The notes under the pieces: generated by a model | What the model was told of the DNA's origin: nothing | Databases searched by the model: none | What the model saw: the letters and a program-made list of their open reading frames with translations, nothing else | Translations under genes and position numbers: made by a program | Shown here: positions 12,708-24,828 of the stretch, one piece after another | Numbering within the stretch: position 1 is the stretch's first letter | Layout: the number at the start of each line of letters is the position of its first letter | Origin: Chiloscyllium plagiosum | Taxonomy: Eukaryota | Direction of reading: 5' to 3' | DNA length: 54,660 bases | Assembly (NCBI RefSeq): GCF_004010195.1 | Contig: NC_057718.1 | Location: forward strand, 80,967,561-81,022,220

Positions 12708-14844
12708 GTGAGGAAGAGGACTAAGTGGATAGCACGATAACGAGGTGGTCAATCTGCAACTCGGAAGCATACATGCAGGGCGGTAATGGGTGAAAACCAG
12801 GCAGATAGTGTGTGATCCCCTGAATCTATTATGCTTATTAATTGGCATTCCATTTTGGAAATTGGAAAAAGGTTTAAATGAAGTTCCAGATGTTTGACCC
12901 AAAGATTGTTGTGAAATTAATGACATGTTTCCAAGTCAGAATGAAATATGATTTGAAGGGAAGCTTTCATCCATTAACATAACTATCTCCTTCTCTTCCT
13001 GCCTCCTGCCCTTAAACACTACTCAAAGCACCAATTAATTATCTGCAGTTTGAGGCATACTTGCACACCAAGGCCTATTCAGCAGTATCATACAAAGCTT
13101 ATAAACTCATTGGCCTTGGACAAAATGAGCAGCAAGTGCTTGGGAACATCACCTCCAAGGTCACCTCAAAGTCAGATGCTTCCAACTTGGGCATATATTT
13201 CAATTCAGTTAATTGCTCAGTAAAATTCATGTGCAGTGCTACATAACAGCACAGTAGGAGTACTCTCACCCGATGAGCTGCACAGTAAAAGCTGATCCAA
13301 TCAGCTATATCCAAATCCCTTTACATATATTTAAAAAGGTGTCTCTTTGACCAAGCTTTTCATCATAACCTTTCATTATATAGTTTGTCATTTTTGTTTC
13401 AATTTTCTGATCAACCTGTTCAGAGATGTTAATAGTAAATAAAATGAAATAATGCAAAGGTAAGCTGTCAATATCCAAAAACTTATTAAAAGTATTTTGT
13501 TTTGCGGATTTGCTCTTTTTAAAATCAAGCTGACAACTGAGGTCTGCATGATCCTAAATATGTGACCAACTTGACATTTCTTACTGACTGAAGTGCAATG
13601 GTGCTAGAACCACTGTTTCATTGCTGTTCAACAAAAGGGAAAATCTGCTTTGTTAGAGTTTGTGTGGATTAAGGAAATGCCTCACTGTGTCCTGTGTTCA
13701 TTTGAAATGTAGTTTGGGATCTCATTTGTGACTGAGGTATTTTGCAACATTCTTAATCTATTAACCTCCATGGAGTAAAGTCTAACATTTTGCTACTTTG
13801 TGTTAATTTCTACAATCACAGTATTTTCTGTATTCTAGGAGGAGGAATCTTAAATTAGGATAAATTTAATGCTATTTCTTTCGAATCGTTTTTTAAAAAT
13901 GTAATTTTCCAGAATTGATAGAGTCTTTAAAAGTGCTGTATTTCATTGTGACTGCTGGTCTCTGCTGAAGACATTGAGTTGATCGCCAAAGCAAGTCTTT
14001 ATCTTCTCAATTGTGTACAGCATCAATTGATGCTTTACAATGTGTAATTCATTGACCTTTAATATTATAGGAGTTCTGAGAGCTGTGTTGAATGGTAAGT
14101 AAAAGGTAACACTTATGATGCAACAGTTAAATATAAGCAAAATACTCTATGCGAGAAACCTGAAATTTAAAAGTATTTGCAACATCTGTGGCGAGAGAGC
14201 CAGTTAAGGCTTTGAGTCAGAGCAGTGCAACAGTGAATTAGGATTCAGATTACTTCCACCCCCATCACCTTTGAGGACATGAGATAATGGTTCAATTTGT
14301 TTTGAAGTATGTTATTTAAAGTCCAGTTATTGCACAAAAAAACTTTCAATGTATTAAATTATGCAAATCTGGCATTCATTGTACTGTTGGCTGAGTATTC
14401 ATTCAATTATTTCCTTTTACTTGAAAATTCAGCTTCCTACTTTTATATAATGACCAATCTTAAGATCATTTATTTGGAAATTAAGTTTAGAACTTTTTTT
14501 ATTTCCTGTTGCATTTAGATGATTAGATACTTTTGTTTTATTTAAACAGTAAGTCACCAAAATGAAAATTCTATTTTCACCATTGTTATTCACAAATAAA
14601 ACCATCTTGTTTTGATTGGCCTAATAGTTCCAGTTGCTTCTGGTTTAATGCTGAATGTCTGCAGTCAAAAGTATACATTTGCTTCAACTACATTAAGTAT
14701 TAAGTTGTGGAGCAATTCATAATTGGCATGCCCAATGAAAGCGCCAGAATCTCATTGAAGTCTTAGGAAGTCTGATAGCATGACTCATTGCTGGCATTCC
14801 AGGATTATGGTTGGGTAATTGGCAGGAATATGTAGCTTTTTAAA

Positions 14845-15180
14845 AATTCACTCTTGGGATGTGAGTCTTAATTGGCAAGGACACCATTTGTTGCCTATCT
14901 CTGATTGCTTTTGAAATAGTTATGGTGAGCCACTTTCTTGAGCCTGTGTGTTGTAGGTATATTACAGAAGAAGACCAGGAGTTTGACAGTTAACGAGTTT
15001 TTCAATATAATTCCAAATTAAGATGATATGGAGCCTGCATGTAGTGGGGTTCTCAGATAGTTCTTTCAGACAGTAAAGGTAATGGGTTGGGGATGCTTTT
15101 GGACGAGCCTGAATTAGTTGTTGCAATGCATTTTGTACATTCTACTGTCATGTTATGTTGCCGGTGGAGAGAGGGAATGT
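14845..15180 (-). mobile_element. 3' end of the CR1/L2-group LINE (family of 44690-47190)
   Basis: attcactcttgggatgtgag..ccatttgttgcctatctctgattgc..ggtgagccac; downstream blocks match 44730-44900. Confidence 0.65.
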
Positions 15181-15182
15181 TG

Positions 15183-15573
15183 TCCCTCCATCAGGTGGTT
15201 GTCTGGAGCAGCACTCCGAAAGCTAGTGCTTTCAATTAAACCTGTTGGACTATAACCTGGTGTTGTGATTTTTAACTTTGAGAATGTAACTTTTTAAAAA
15301 AAATGTTCTGGAATTTACATCTGAAAGAACCAAAACTAACATGGTCATTCTAAAAGATGGAAGACTTAACAAACAGTCCAGTTTTTTTCAATATATCATT
15401 TCAGTGGCATCACACTGTAATCTTTTGCTATAAATTCTGTGTCATATGATCTTATACTCCACAACCACTGATGAAGGAGCAGTGCTTCCCAATAAACCTG
15501 TTGGACTATAATCTGGCGTTGTGTGATTTTCAACTTTGTTCACCCAAGTCCAACACCAGCACCTCCAAATCAT
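15183..15573 (+). mobile_element. PLE family A 3' region with two tandem terminal repeats, both with damaged hammerhead motifs
   Basis: Tail aaacctgttggactataa.ctgg.gttgtg at about 15238 and 15495. The first copy lacks CTGATGA. The second (CTGATGA 15468-15474) lacks GCTCCGAAA. The spacer matches the reverse complement of 42800-42990 and 51580-51650. Confidence 0.85.
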
Positions 15574-16764
15574 AATTTTTGAGGTCACAGATTAGTTGTT
15601 ACTTTGCTATCCCTTTACTTCTGTCAAGTTATCCTGCCTGATCCTTTAGCCTCAATGGACGGTTTTCTGTTCATCTGCACTGTCATACACTAATACTCAC
15701 TTGCTCCATACTTGGCTCTAAATAGAATCTGCCTTCATTGCAGTTCATACTGAATGAACAGGAGAAAGAAATTAATAAAACTGTAGACCTCTCCCAAGTT
15801 AAGGAGAAATGTATAAATGTAGATATTGTATGCTGCATGTTTTTGCTTCAGATTTCACTCAAATACATCACTACTATGAAATGATCGATGTACCAGAATG
15901 TAATGTCATTATTTTACTCCAATTTAATTAGAAATATGGCATCTGTCACCTTGAATTTAGGGGTCAAAAGTTTATTCAGTTAAATTATTTAATTTATTAT
16001 TCCTTCAGAGACAATGTTTGTAATTTATTCGACTGGTTTAAAATTAATTTTATTTGCAAGATTTGAAGTAGAGTGTGGTTTAAACTAATTATACTTCTGC
16101 TTACTTTTACTATGTCAAATCTCTTTCAGTCTGGTCAGGCTAAATCCATTATGATCTCCAATTTTACATGTCCCTTGGGTGAAAGAGTTGTACGCACACT
16201 TAAACCTAGGATCCAGTAGGATTTTAAATTTAGCTGCCAGAATTTTTAGAGCTATCTATAAGTGCGTGGGAGTTCATGTAATATTAATTTAAGTTTTCAT
16301 TTAGGGATTTGTCCAGTATTCATTTTTTTGATTAAATGAATTAAATATAAGTAGAAAGAGGAATTAAAGGTAGAATTTCAGATCTCTGATCAACAGAGTA
16401 GACCAAAATTCTGATCTAACTCATCATTGAATCTGATCAAAATACTGAAGACTCATTAATTCTCAAATCTATTTTGCCCTTCCGAGCTCCACAATCCTTT
16501 TCTGTTAATGACCTCTTTGTTCTTATTTAAGCTATGTGTTTTTTGCCCTGTTTCTGTGCTTAAAGGCAGTAATTTTGTGTTCTATCTGCAGTAAAATTAT
16601 AGCACATTTGTTCACTTATGCAATGTCATTTTCAGTAAAGCTAACTTTCCATTTTTGAATTTTCTTTGTAGGAAGTCTAGATTGTGATACATGTTAAATG
16701 AAGAACGCACTTTTAGAACAGTCGGTTGGCTATAAATCATACAACAAAGATAATGTTTATTCTT

Positions 16765-16957
16765 TGCAGTGCAAAGTAAAGCCAACAGCATGGGTCCATT
16801 TCCCGCACTGACTGAGGTTACCATGAAGGACTGTCTTCCTCAATCTTTCCCATCGCTTGATGCGGGAGACCCCCAGGTTAAACTACCACCAGTCATCTCT
16901 TTGTAGTGAGAGAGCAGCCTTATGGTCTGACAGGACTATGGCAGCTTCACCTAACTC
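16765..16957 (+). mobile_element. Short SINE-like repeat
   Basis: gccaacagcatgggtccatttccc (B-box-like), ending tatggtctgacaggactatggcagcttcacc; a related head occurs near 35105-35180. Confidence 0.4.
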
Positions 16958-17509
16958 TGGAAAGATATGTTTATCAAACATGTATCAAAGAATCAAGTCA
17001 CAAAGCTAGATGTCCTTCCCAAATCAAGTTTGCAGTATTTAAATGTGACATACTCTGTGATGTTTCATTCAAGTATCAATATGTATTATCTTTTGATTAT
17101 GGAGTTCTAGTGAAATGTTTACTCTTGAATTCTTTTGTGCAAAAATTCAAAAGTTTCTCTGAAGTAAACAAACAAAAGCATAGCATTTCACATGTTGGCA
17201 ATCTCAATCAAAACCGAAGAGTCATTTTGGACTCTGTTAATTCTGTACCTCCACAGCTGCTGCCACACCTGCTGAGATTCTCCAGTATGTTGCTTTACAA
17301 GATTTGTTTTGATAGACAAAAGTGTGATAAAGAACAGAGAGGATTGCTGAATGTAGTGCTTACTGACTATGCATACAAGTTGATGCATTTGGCTTGGATG
17401 CATCTCGATTGAGCGTAGTTTACCAGGACACTAACACTGTCAGTGACAATGGGTGAACATTCTCCATTGGTTGCGTTCGCACTTAGCATAAAGGAGGTTT
17501 GTTCTGTTT

Positions 17510-18445
17510 GTTAGGATCTGATATCTCAGTCCAAGGACATCACTACAGGAATTTCTCAGGGTTGTGTCTGAGTTCCAAACATCAGCTGCTTCCTTAATCT
17601 TATGACGAATGGAAGTGGGGGACGTTTGCTGATTGTTCAGTGTTGCACATCATTTATGACTCCTCAAACGTTGAAGTCTGTGTTCATATGCAGTAAGACC
17701 TAGACAACATCTAAGCTCATACTGACAAAAAGTAAGTGACTTTTCCATATTGGCCAAGAGAGAATCTCACATGGTCCCTTTTGCCTTCAGTGTGATGACT
17801 ATTGCTGAATCCTTGCTATCAACATCCTGCAGGTCACCATTGATCAGAAACTAAGCTGGATCAGCCATGTAAATACCGTGGCTACAAGAGAGGTCAGAGG
17901 CTCAGAATATTTCAGTGAGTATCTTGCCTCCTGTCTCCCCAAAGCTTGTCCATCATTTACAAAGTTTAGTCAGGATTGTAATGGAATACACTCCACTTGT
18001 CTGGATGGTAGCAGCTCCAGCAATAATCAAGAGGTTTGATGCAGTCCAAGATGAAGCAGCCCTTCTGATGGGTACTCCAATCACTCCTTTATCCATAAAC
18101 TCTCTGTGGTTGCGATATGTACCATTTTACAAGTCGCACTGCAGTAATTCACCAAGGCTCCTCTGACAACACCTTCCAAACCCATGAACCTTCCTAACTG
18201 GAAGGCAAAGGAAGCAGATGTGTGGGAGTATCATTGCCTGCAAGTTTTTATCCAAACTGTCCATCATTCTGATTTGGAACTGTCATCATTCCAACACTGT
18301 CATTAGATCAAATCTTAAAACTCTAGTCCTAAGAGCACTTTGAGTACCTGTACACCTGAAGTACGTAGCAGTTCAAGCAGCACCACCTTCAGGGCATTTT
18401 GGATTGGTCCATGAATGAGATGGCCTAACGATCAACATCCACATC
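17510..18445 (+). mobile_element. 3' part of CR1/L2-group LINE (RT C-terminus and 3'UTR)
   Basis: ORF 17915-18166 VRIVMEYTPLVWMVAAP matches VRSVMEYSPLAWMGAAP at 44969-45181; ccattgatcagaaactaagctgg. Confidence 0.85.
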
Positions 18446-18489
18446 TCTTTAACAACTCTCTCTTGCTCTTTGTCATGGTGACTTTGGTG

Positions 18490-19620
18490 TATATTGGTTT
18501 CTGTGGCCATCACTGTAGTAAGAGTTCCTTTCAGTTTTTATAGCTCTGTTTCCTCGTGTTTTTCCAGTCAGTGTTGTCATTGGACTTTTGAGATAGACTT
18601 GTAAGTGCCGTTTTGCACTTAAACATTATTTTCTCGATTTCTGCCACGGTGGAAGCCTCTTGTAATGGTAAGTTATTTGAATATTCCATCTGCAGGAAAT
18701 GTGTTATCTCTAATATGTGAAGATTCTGATGCTGCAAATCAGATTGTTGAGGACTTTAGCACACCTTTGGATTGTGGGGTGGAGAGGCTTGCTAGTTGGT
18801 TTCATTGCCTTCTGGAAAATTTTCATGTCAACTCTGGCTGTATTTTGTTTCGTCATTGTTTAGTCAACATTGATTTCCAGAAGTTTGGGTTGGCTGTGTG
18901 TTCAGATAATATCTGTAGCTATTTTAAGTCCGTGTTCTGGTTCTTTTCAGTCCATAAAAGTATCTGATATTAAATCGGGTGATAGGCTTCTCATGTAGTC
19001 AAGCAAACTTTGTCATCATAGCACTGGAAGAATGAGGAAATGCAATGTGAGTTAAATTGTTCACAGTTAACAGGGAGACTATGGAAATGTATAAATAAAT
19101 CTTTGAAGATGATGGCAAGTTCGGGACCATTTTAGAAGAAAACTTGTGGAGTGTTTTTATGCTTTGGGATGTTGAGAGGTTATAGACAAGGAAGAGAATG
19201 TTCACGATGAAAGAGACTAAGGAGAAGGATACACCTGTTCTCTAGAATAGCACTTCTGTCCCTGATGGAGGAAGTTTTGAGTATGCCCTCTTATCTCCTA
19301 TGGGGCAAGACCCTATCAAGTACTTCTGTCCTTCATCTTCCTTTTTACTCCAGGAATTGGTGCAGCTCTGGCCATTCCTCCTAATAAAATTTGTATTTCA
19401 CTTAGAAATACCTCCAGCAACAAGTAAACAGTGAAAACCAAGCATGGCTTCTATTAGCACTCAAAATATCCAGCATTAGTTAGTCTACTTGTGTTTGTCT
19501 GGATGCTGTTAGAGGTTGTTAATTGCTGCACAACCTCTTAAAACCCTAAAGCAATTTAATTTTTAGAATCTTAGTAATCCATGCAGCAACTGTTCCTGAA
19601 ACATGTTATAGCTTCTTTAA
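18490..19620 (-). mobile_element. Very decayed non-LTR retrotransposon RT remnant, clade uncertain
   Basis: Minus strand gives GVSFSLVSFIVNILF (QGxxLSPxLF-like region) and QCYDDKVCLTT (YADD-like motif) near 19000-19240. Confidence 0.35.
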
Positions 19621-20589
19621 CAAGATGGTATTTTGCTATCAATGCCGGCTAATCGAGCTTTGCAGCTCAAAACACTGTCCTGCTGTAAGATTTTTAGTAT
19701 CTGCAACTTTCAGAATGAATTGAGTCCTTTATATTTTAGCCTAGGACATCAGTTTCAATGTGAAAGTGTATCCAATTCACTGCAATGCCAAAGTTGGATT
19801 GCAAATTCTTTTGAATCGTACACTGTCACTCCTGAAATTGGATTGAAGCCCTTAACAGTTAGGATTTTCCTACCAGAAGTACAATGCCCTTTTAGTGTAT
19901 GGCTTTATCCCCCAAGTTTGTCTCAATGCATAACATTGTTATTGTCACAGAAATTTCAAAAACGCTTAAATGTGTGTGGTCGTTAAGTAGCATCAGAGCC
20001 ACAGATTGAATGCTAATATTAATTAACTTTCTACACCAGTTATAACTTGAGCAAGTCACTCATTCTTTGCAGCATTGCTCCATCTTCACCTTTTCATGTT
20101 ATAATTTGTGAAATTGTTTTAATAAAGCTCTAAACCATAGGCATTTACTTAAGCAGGTACGCCAACCTCTCGCAGGCAATTACGTAGAATAAAATATAAT
20201 CTTACCTACCAGAATTGTAGGTTCATGTCTGAAATACACTTTTATGTTAGGTTATATTTGAAGCCAAAATCCATTATTTGAAAATTGTCTACTCCACTGT
20301 GGCATGTTCTTGTTTTTCCCCACTCCACACTTAAAATTATTTCAGCCTTATTGTGTTTTATGTTTGGTAATTCTCTGCATTTCAAAAAATCGTCTCTGAA
20401 TAAAGTTTTTGCATCAAAGATTGTGTTTGTGGTAGTCCCTCAGAATGAGGGTAATGCTCGCTGAGGGCAAGAACCTGCACATGGAGTCTTTTAACATGGG
20501 AGGCTATTATGCTGCAGATACTAATATGGTTCTGACTGACATTGAAACCTACCCTATGTGTATCGGAAAGCTTTATAAGTTGATAATCA

Positions 20590-23370
20590 ACCTGTAAATT
20601 AGTTAATCAAACTATTGTGATGCCATTGTGGATGGCATTAAATGGGGTATCAGAAATGCATGCAATAACAGAACATCTATAATTATGGGTGACTTTATTA
20701 TGTGTATAGATTGGGCAAATCAAATTAATCACAATACCATAGAGGAGGAATTCATAGTAGTATACATGTTGGTTTTCTGGACCAGTATGTTGAACCAACC
20801 AGAAGATAGGCTATCTTAGGCTGGTATTATGCAGGGACAAAGGAATAATTAGTAATGTAGTTGAGAGACTCCTTGGGGAGAAGCGAGCATTATATGATTC
20901 TTCATCAAGATGATGAGTGAAGTAGTTGAACCAGGATCCTAATTTTAAAAAGAGCAACTACGATGGTATGAGGTGAGAGTTGGCTGTGATGGATGTTTTA
21001 AAAAATTCTCAAGGTCAGGTTCGTAGGAGAGTAGTCTGACACAGAACAAACGACCAAGAGGCGAGACTGCTAGAATATGGGCATTTTATTCCCCGCAGTG
21101 TCGCACAACGGGTCTGGTTTATGCTCACTCTACATGTTACAAAAACTGGGAGCCGTCAGTTCTTGTAGAGCGGTTGCCAACAACCCACGCTCGGCGGTTA
21201 AACGTAACCCCGGAGCAGACTCACCGAACTGGAGACTTTTCCAGCTTTTTATTCTTTTCCAGATATAAACATTCATGTGAACAGCAGAGCAAGGCTAAAA
21301 AACACATTCCATTCTGGTTACATACAGATAAGAAGATTCACACGGGACTAAGCAACACCTCCATTCTGGTTAGATTCACACATGTATTGGGACATAATTT
21401 TTAACCGTTTCACCACATTCCACTGCTTGGAATTTTACACCACATGGATTGGGAAATATTACTGAAAGAAGTGACTGTGGATAGGCAATAGGTGAATTAC
21501 AAAAATTGTTTTATTCCTGGCTGGCTCAAAATTGTCGAGAGAAAGTGACTAAACCATGGTTTACGAGGTATGTTAGAAAGAGTATTAGAAGCAAAAAAAG
21601 AGGTATACAAATTGGTAAGAAAAAGCCATAGACCAGAAGGTTGGTAGCCGTTTTGACATCAGCAAAGGAAGACCAAGGGATTGATTAAAAAGAGGGAGTG
21701 GAGTATGAGAGTAAGCTTGTGGGGAACATAACTGACTGACTGTAAAAGTTTCTATAAGAATGTAATATGAAGAAGATTGGTGAAAACTAATGTAAGAAGC
21801 AAGGAGATTAATAGGAGACAAAGAAATGATGGATAAACTAAATTCATACTTTGCTTCTGCCTTTCACAAAAGGAGTGCACAAATAATGTACCAGAAATAA
21901 TGGGAAACAGTAGTTGAGAGGCAGGACCTGAGGCAAATCTGTATTAGACCAATAGTGTTGGAGAAATTGGGATTGAAGGCTGATATGTCCCCAAGATCGA
22001 GAAATACATTCCAGAGTATTTAAAGAAGTGACCCTAAAAATAGTGAATGCATTAGTGGTCATCTTTCAAGATTCCTTAGACTCTAGAATGGGGAAATTAT
22101 CGACCAAGAGTTGATAGTGGGGAACATGCTGGGGTTATTATCAAGATTTTTATAGCAGAGCACTTAAAACAAAAACATAGTGGTAGCATCAAGTACAGTC
22201 AACATGGATTTACAAAAGGGAAATTATGCATGACTGATCTACTGGGGTCCTTCAACAATGTCCATAGGGTTGATTTGGAAGCCAGTCATAGAGATGTCCA
22301 GCATGGAAAGAAACCCTTCGATGCAATTGTGGTTTATTTGAACTCTCAGAATGCTTTCAACAAAGTACCGTAAGAGATTAGTGTGTAAAATTAAAGCATA
22401 TGGGATTCGGGGAATAGTGTGTTGAGAGAGTTAGAAAATTGGTTAGCAGACAAGAAGCAATAGGAATAAATGGATTGTGTTCTGAATGGCAGTGACTCGT
22501 GGGGCACTGCAGGAATTTGTATTAGGTTCCCAGCTATTCATGACATATGCTAATGATTTAGATGAGGGAATGAAATGTAATATCTTAAAATTTGCAGATG
22601 ACACAAACCTCGAAGAGTGAGTTGTGAGGAGGATGCAGAGATTTCGCATCCATGATGTCATTTGGACAGGCTGAGTGGGCAAATGCATTGCAAATGCAAT
22701 ATAATGTAGATAAATGTAACTTTATCCAGTTTGGCAAAAATAGGAGGCAGATTATTATTTGGCTATAAATTGAGAGGTGGAATGTTAAGACCGGAGTATC
22801 CTCAGGCACCAGTCATTAAGTGAATGTGCAGGTGCAGCAGGCAGTAAAGAAAGCTGACCTTTATAGTGAGAGGATTCAAGTACGTGACCAAGGATGTCTT
22901 AGTGCACTGAAATAGGGCATTGGTGACATTACACCTCGAATATTGTGTGCAGTTTTGGTCTCCTTATTCAAGGAAGGATTCTTGCTATGTTCAGCCAGTT
23001 CATTGGAGGTTTAACAGATTGATTCCTGGGATGACAGGACTGATGTATGAGGAGCGATTGAGTTGGTTAGGATTATATTCACAAGAGTTGAGGAGAATGA
23101 AGGGGTCTCATTAAAACCTAAAAAAAAAGAAACCGAACTGGACAGCTTAGATACAGGATGGATGTTTTTGATGATGGGGGAGTTCAGAACAAGTGGGTTG
23201 TATTTTAGGTTAAGCAGTAAACCTTTTGGGTCTGAAGTGAGAAAAAATGTCTTTGTCTAGAGTGTGGTGGGCTTGTGGAACTCATTATTTAGGCAGTGGT
23301 TGAGGCCAAAATGTTGCCGCCTCAAGAAGGAGATAGATATAGCCCTTGCGGCTAAAGGGATCATAACACC
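20590..23370 (+). mobile_element. Decayed CR1 LINE ORF2 (endonuclease, RT, 3' end), interrupted by a solo LTR
   Basis: IIMGDF..IDWANQ at about 20680; caacatggatttacaaaagggaaat (QHGF.KG); tttgcagatgacacaaa (FADDTK) at 22591; HLEYCVQFWSP in ORF 22920. Confidence 0.88.
20994..21444 (-). mobile_element. Solo LTR, 451 bp
   Basis: Starts TG and ends CA; 4-bp TSD TGGA at 20990-20993 and 21445-21448. Removing it restores CR1 ttggctgtgatggattggg. AATAAA on the minus strand near 21091-21097; duplicated ccattctggtta; CpG-rich. Confidence 0.85.
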
Positions 23371-23389
23371 TCATAATTCAGATTAGAAC

Positions 23390-24155
23390 AGTAAATGTAA
23401 AGATGCAAACCAGGGCAGGACTTAATGACAAGGTCCTGGGAAATGCTGCTGTACAAAGAAACCTTGGAGTGCAAGTTCATAGTTCCTTGAAAGTGAAGTC
23501 ACAGGTAGATAGGATAGTGAAGAAGGCATTTGGTATACTTGCCTTTACTGGTCAGTGCATTGAGTGCAGGGGTTGGGAGGCCATATCGCAGCTGTACAGG
23601 GCATTGGTTAGGCCACTATTGGAATACTGCGTGCAATTTTGGTCTCCCCGCTGGAGGAAGGATGTTGTGAAACTTGAATAGATTCAGAAAAGATTTACAA
23701 GCATGTTGCTGGGGTCAGAGGGTTTGTGGTATCGGGGGAGGCTGAACAGGCTGGGGCTATTTACCATGGAGCATCAGAGGCTGAGGGGTGATCTTGCAGA
23801 GGTTTATAAAATAATGGATAGGGTAAATAAACAAGGTCTTTCTCTGTGGTCGGGGAGTCCAAAACCAGAGGACAGAGGTTTGAGGTGAGAGAGAAAAGAT
23901 TTAAAAGGGACCTCGGGGGCAACTTATTCACACAGCAGGTGGTGCATGTATGGAATGTGCTACCAGAGGAAGTTGTTGGAACTTGGTACAATTCCAACAT
24001 TTAAAAGGCATCTGGATGGGTGTATGAATTGGGAGGGTTCAGCAGGATATGAGCCAAATGTTAGCAAATGGGACTAGATTGATTTAGGATATCTGGTTGG
24101 CATGGTCAAGTTGGACCGAAGGGTCTGTTTCTATGCTGCATGTCTCTGACTGTGT
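23390..24155 (+). mobile_element. CR1 (HER1-like) LINE 3' end
   Basis: ORFs 23403-23681 and 23703-23888 (RNLGVQVHSSLKV..LVRPLLEYCVQFWSP; RLRGDLAEVYKIM); tail ttggaccgaagggtctgtttc. Confidence 0.92.
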
Positions 24156-24809
24156 CTTAATGCTGCAGGGGCACAGTTTCTCTGGGCACATATTAAGGAT
24201 CCAAATACAGTTTTTGTCCACAGATAAGAAAATCAATGCAGAGCCCCCATCAGTTCAGTGGTGGAGGCCTGAAGGAACTATGGTTTAACCAGGTTCTTAA
24301 CTGGCCACTTAGCATTTACAAGGCACAGAAGTCCTGAACCCTAGGAGTTTGATAGGCAAGCAGAGGCTGGTTGCTCCTTGTTTCTGTCAGCGCCACTGGA
24401 GTGGGAGTGGCTGCTAGCAGTGAAGGTGAATTGGGGTTGCAGCAGGGAGGTCAAGTGAGGGTGTCGGGCATTGGATGCGATGTTAGTTGGCTTGCTAATA
24501 TTGAGTCCCCTAATCGAGCAACTTGCTTTCTTGAGAGCAACGAGGGATCAGCAGCAAATGTGGTCAGCCAACATCACAAGAACAAATTATTTATTTAAGA
24601 ACTGCCTTTGAAATTGACTCTCCTACACTGCTGCAGAAAATTCCTTTCTGTGGGGACAGGAAAGCAGTGCCGCTTGTTTTAATCTCCGAGGCACCGTTAT
24701 ATTTTTGTGTGCTCAATGACATTTGGTGACACTAGCATAATTAGCTGCAAGCAGGGTGAGATTATCTTCTGAAAATTGTTGAGGGGGTTTGGACTGGTCC
24801 ATAACAAAT

Positions 24810-24828
24810 TGGGGGCTATTGTCGGGAT
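24810..24828 (+). promoter_or_regulatory. Primer-binding site, tRNA-Pro-like (degenerate)
   Basis: Resembles TGGGGGCTCGTCCGGGAT (complement of the tRNA-Pro 3' end), 3 nt after an LTR-terminal ACA. Confidence 0.65.

Larger units (their letters stand above)
11925..12850 (+). mobile_element. CR1 LINE 5'UTR and ORF1 N-terminus, decayed, interrupted by a PLE tail
   Basis: 12420-12580 encodes CTSCGMCEV..ICSKCHPLHKLELRVFKLEQ*LESM (zinc finger plus coiled coil); continues VDST..EVV after the insert. Confidence 0.7.

Noticed and set aside
16906..17412. 168-aa ORF, the longest not explained by a retroelement protein
   Set aside because: It starts in a SINE-like repeat, crosses an old PLE-type repeat (about 17190-17295), has no recognisable domain and no splice signals; likely chance.
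24160..24690. GC-richer block that may be a non-autonomous DNA transposon
   Set aside because: No convincing terminal inverted repeats, TSD or second copy in the window.
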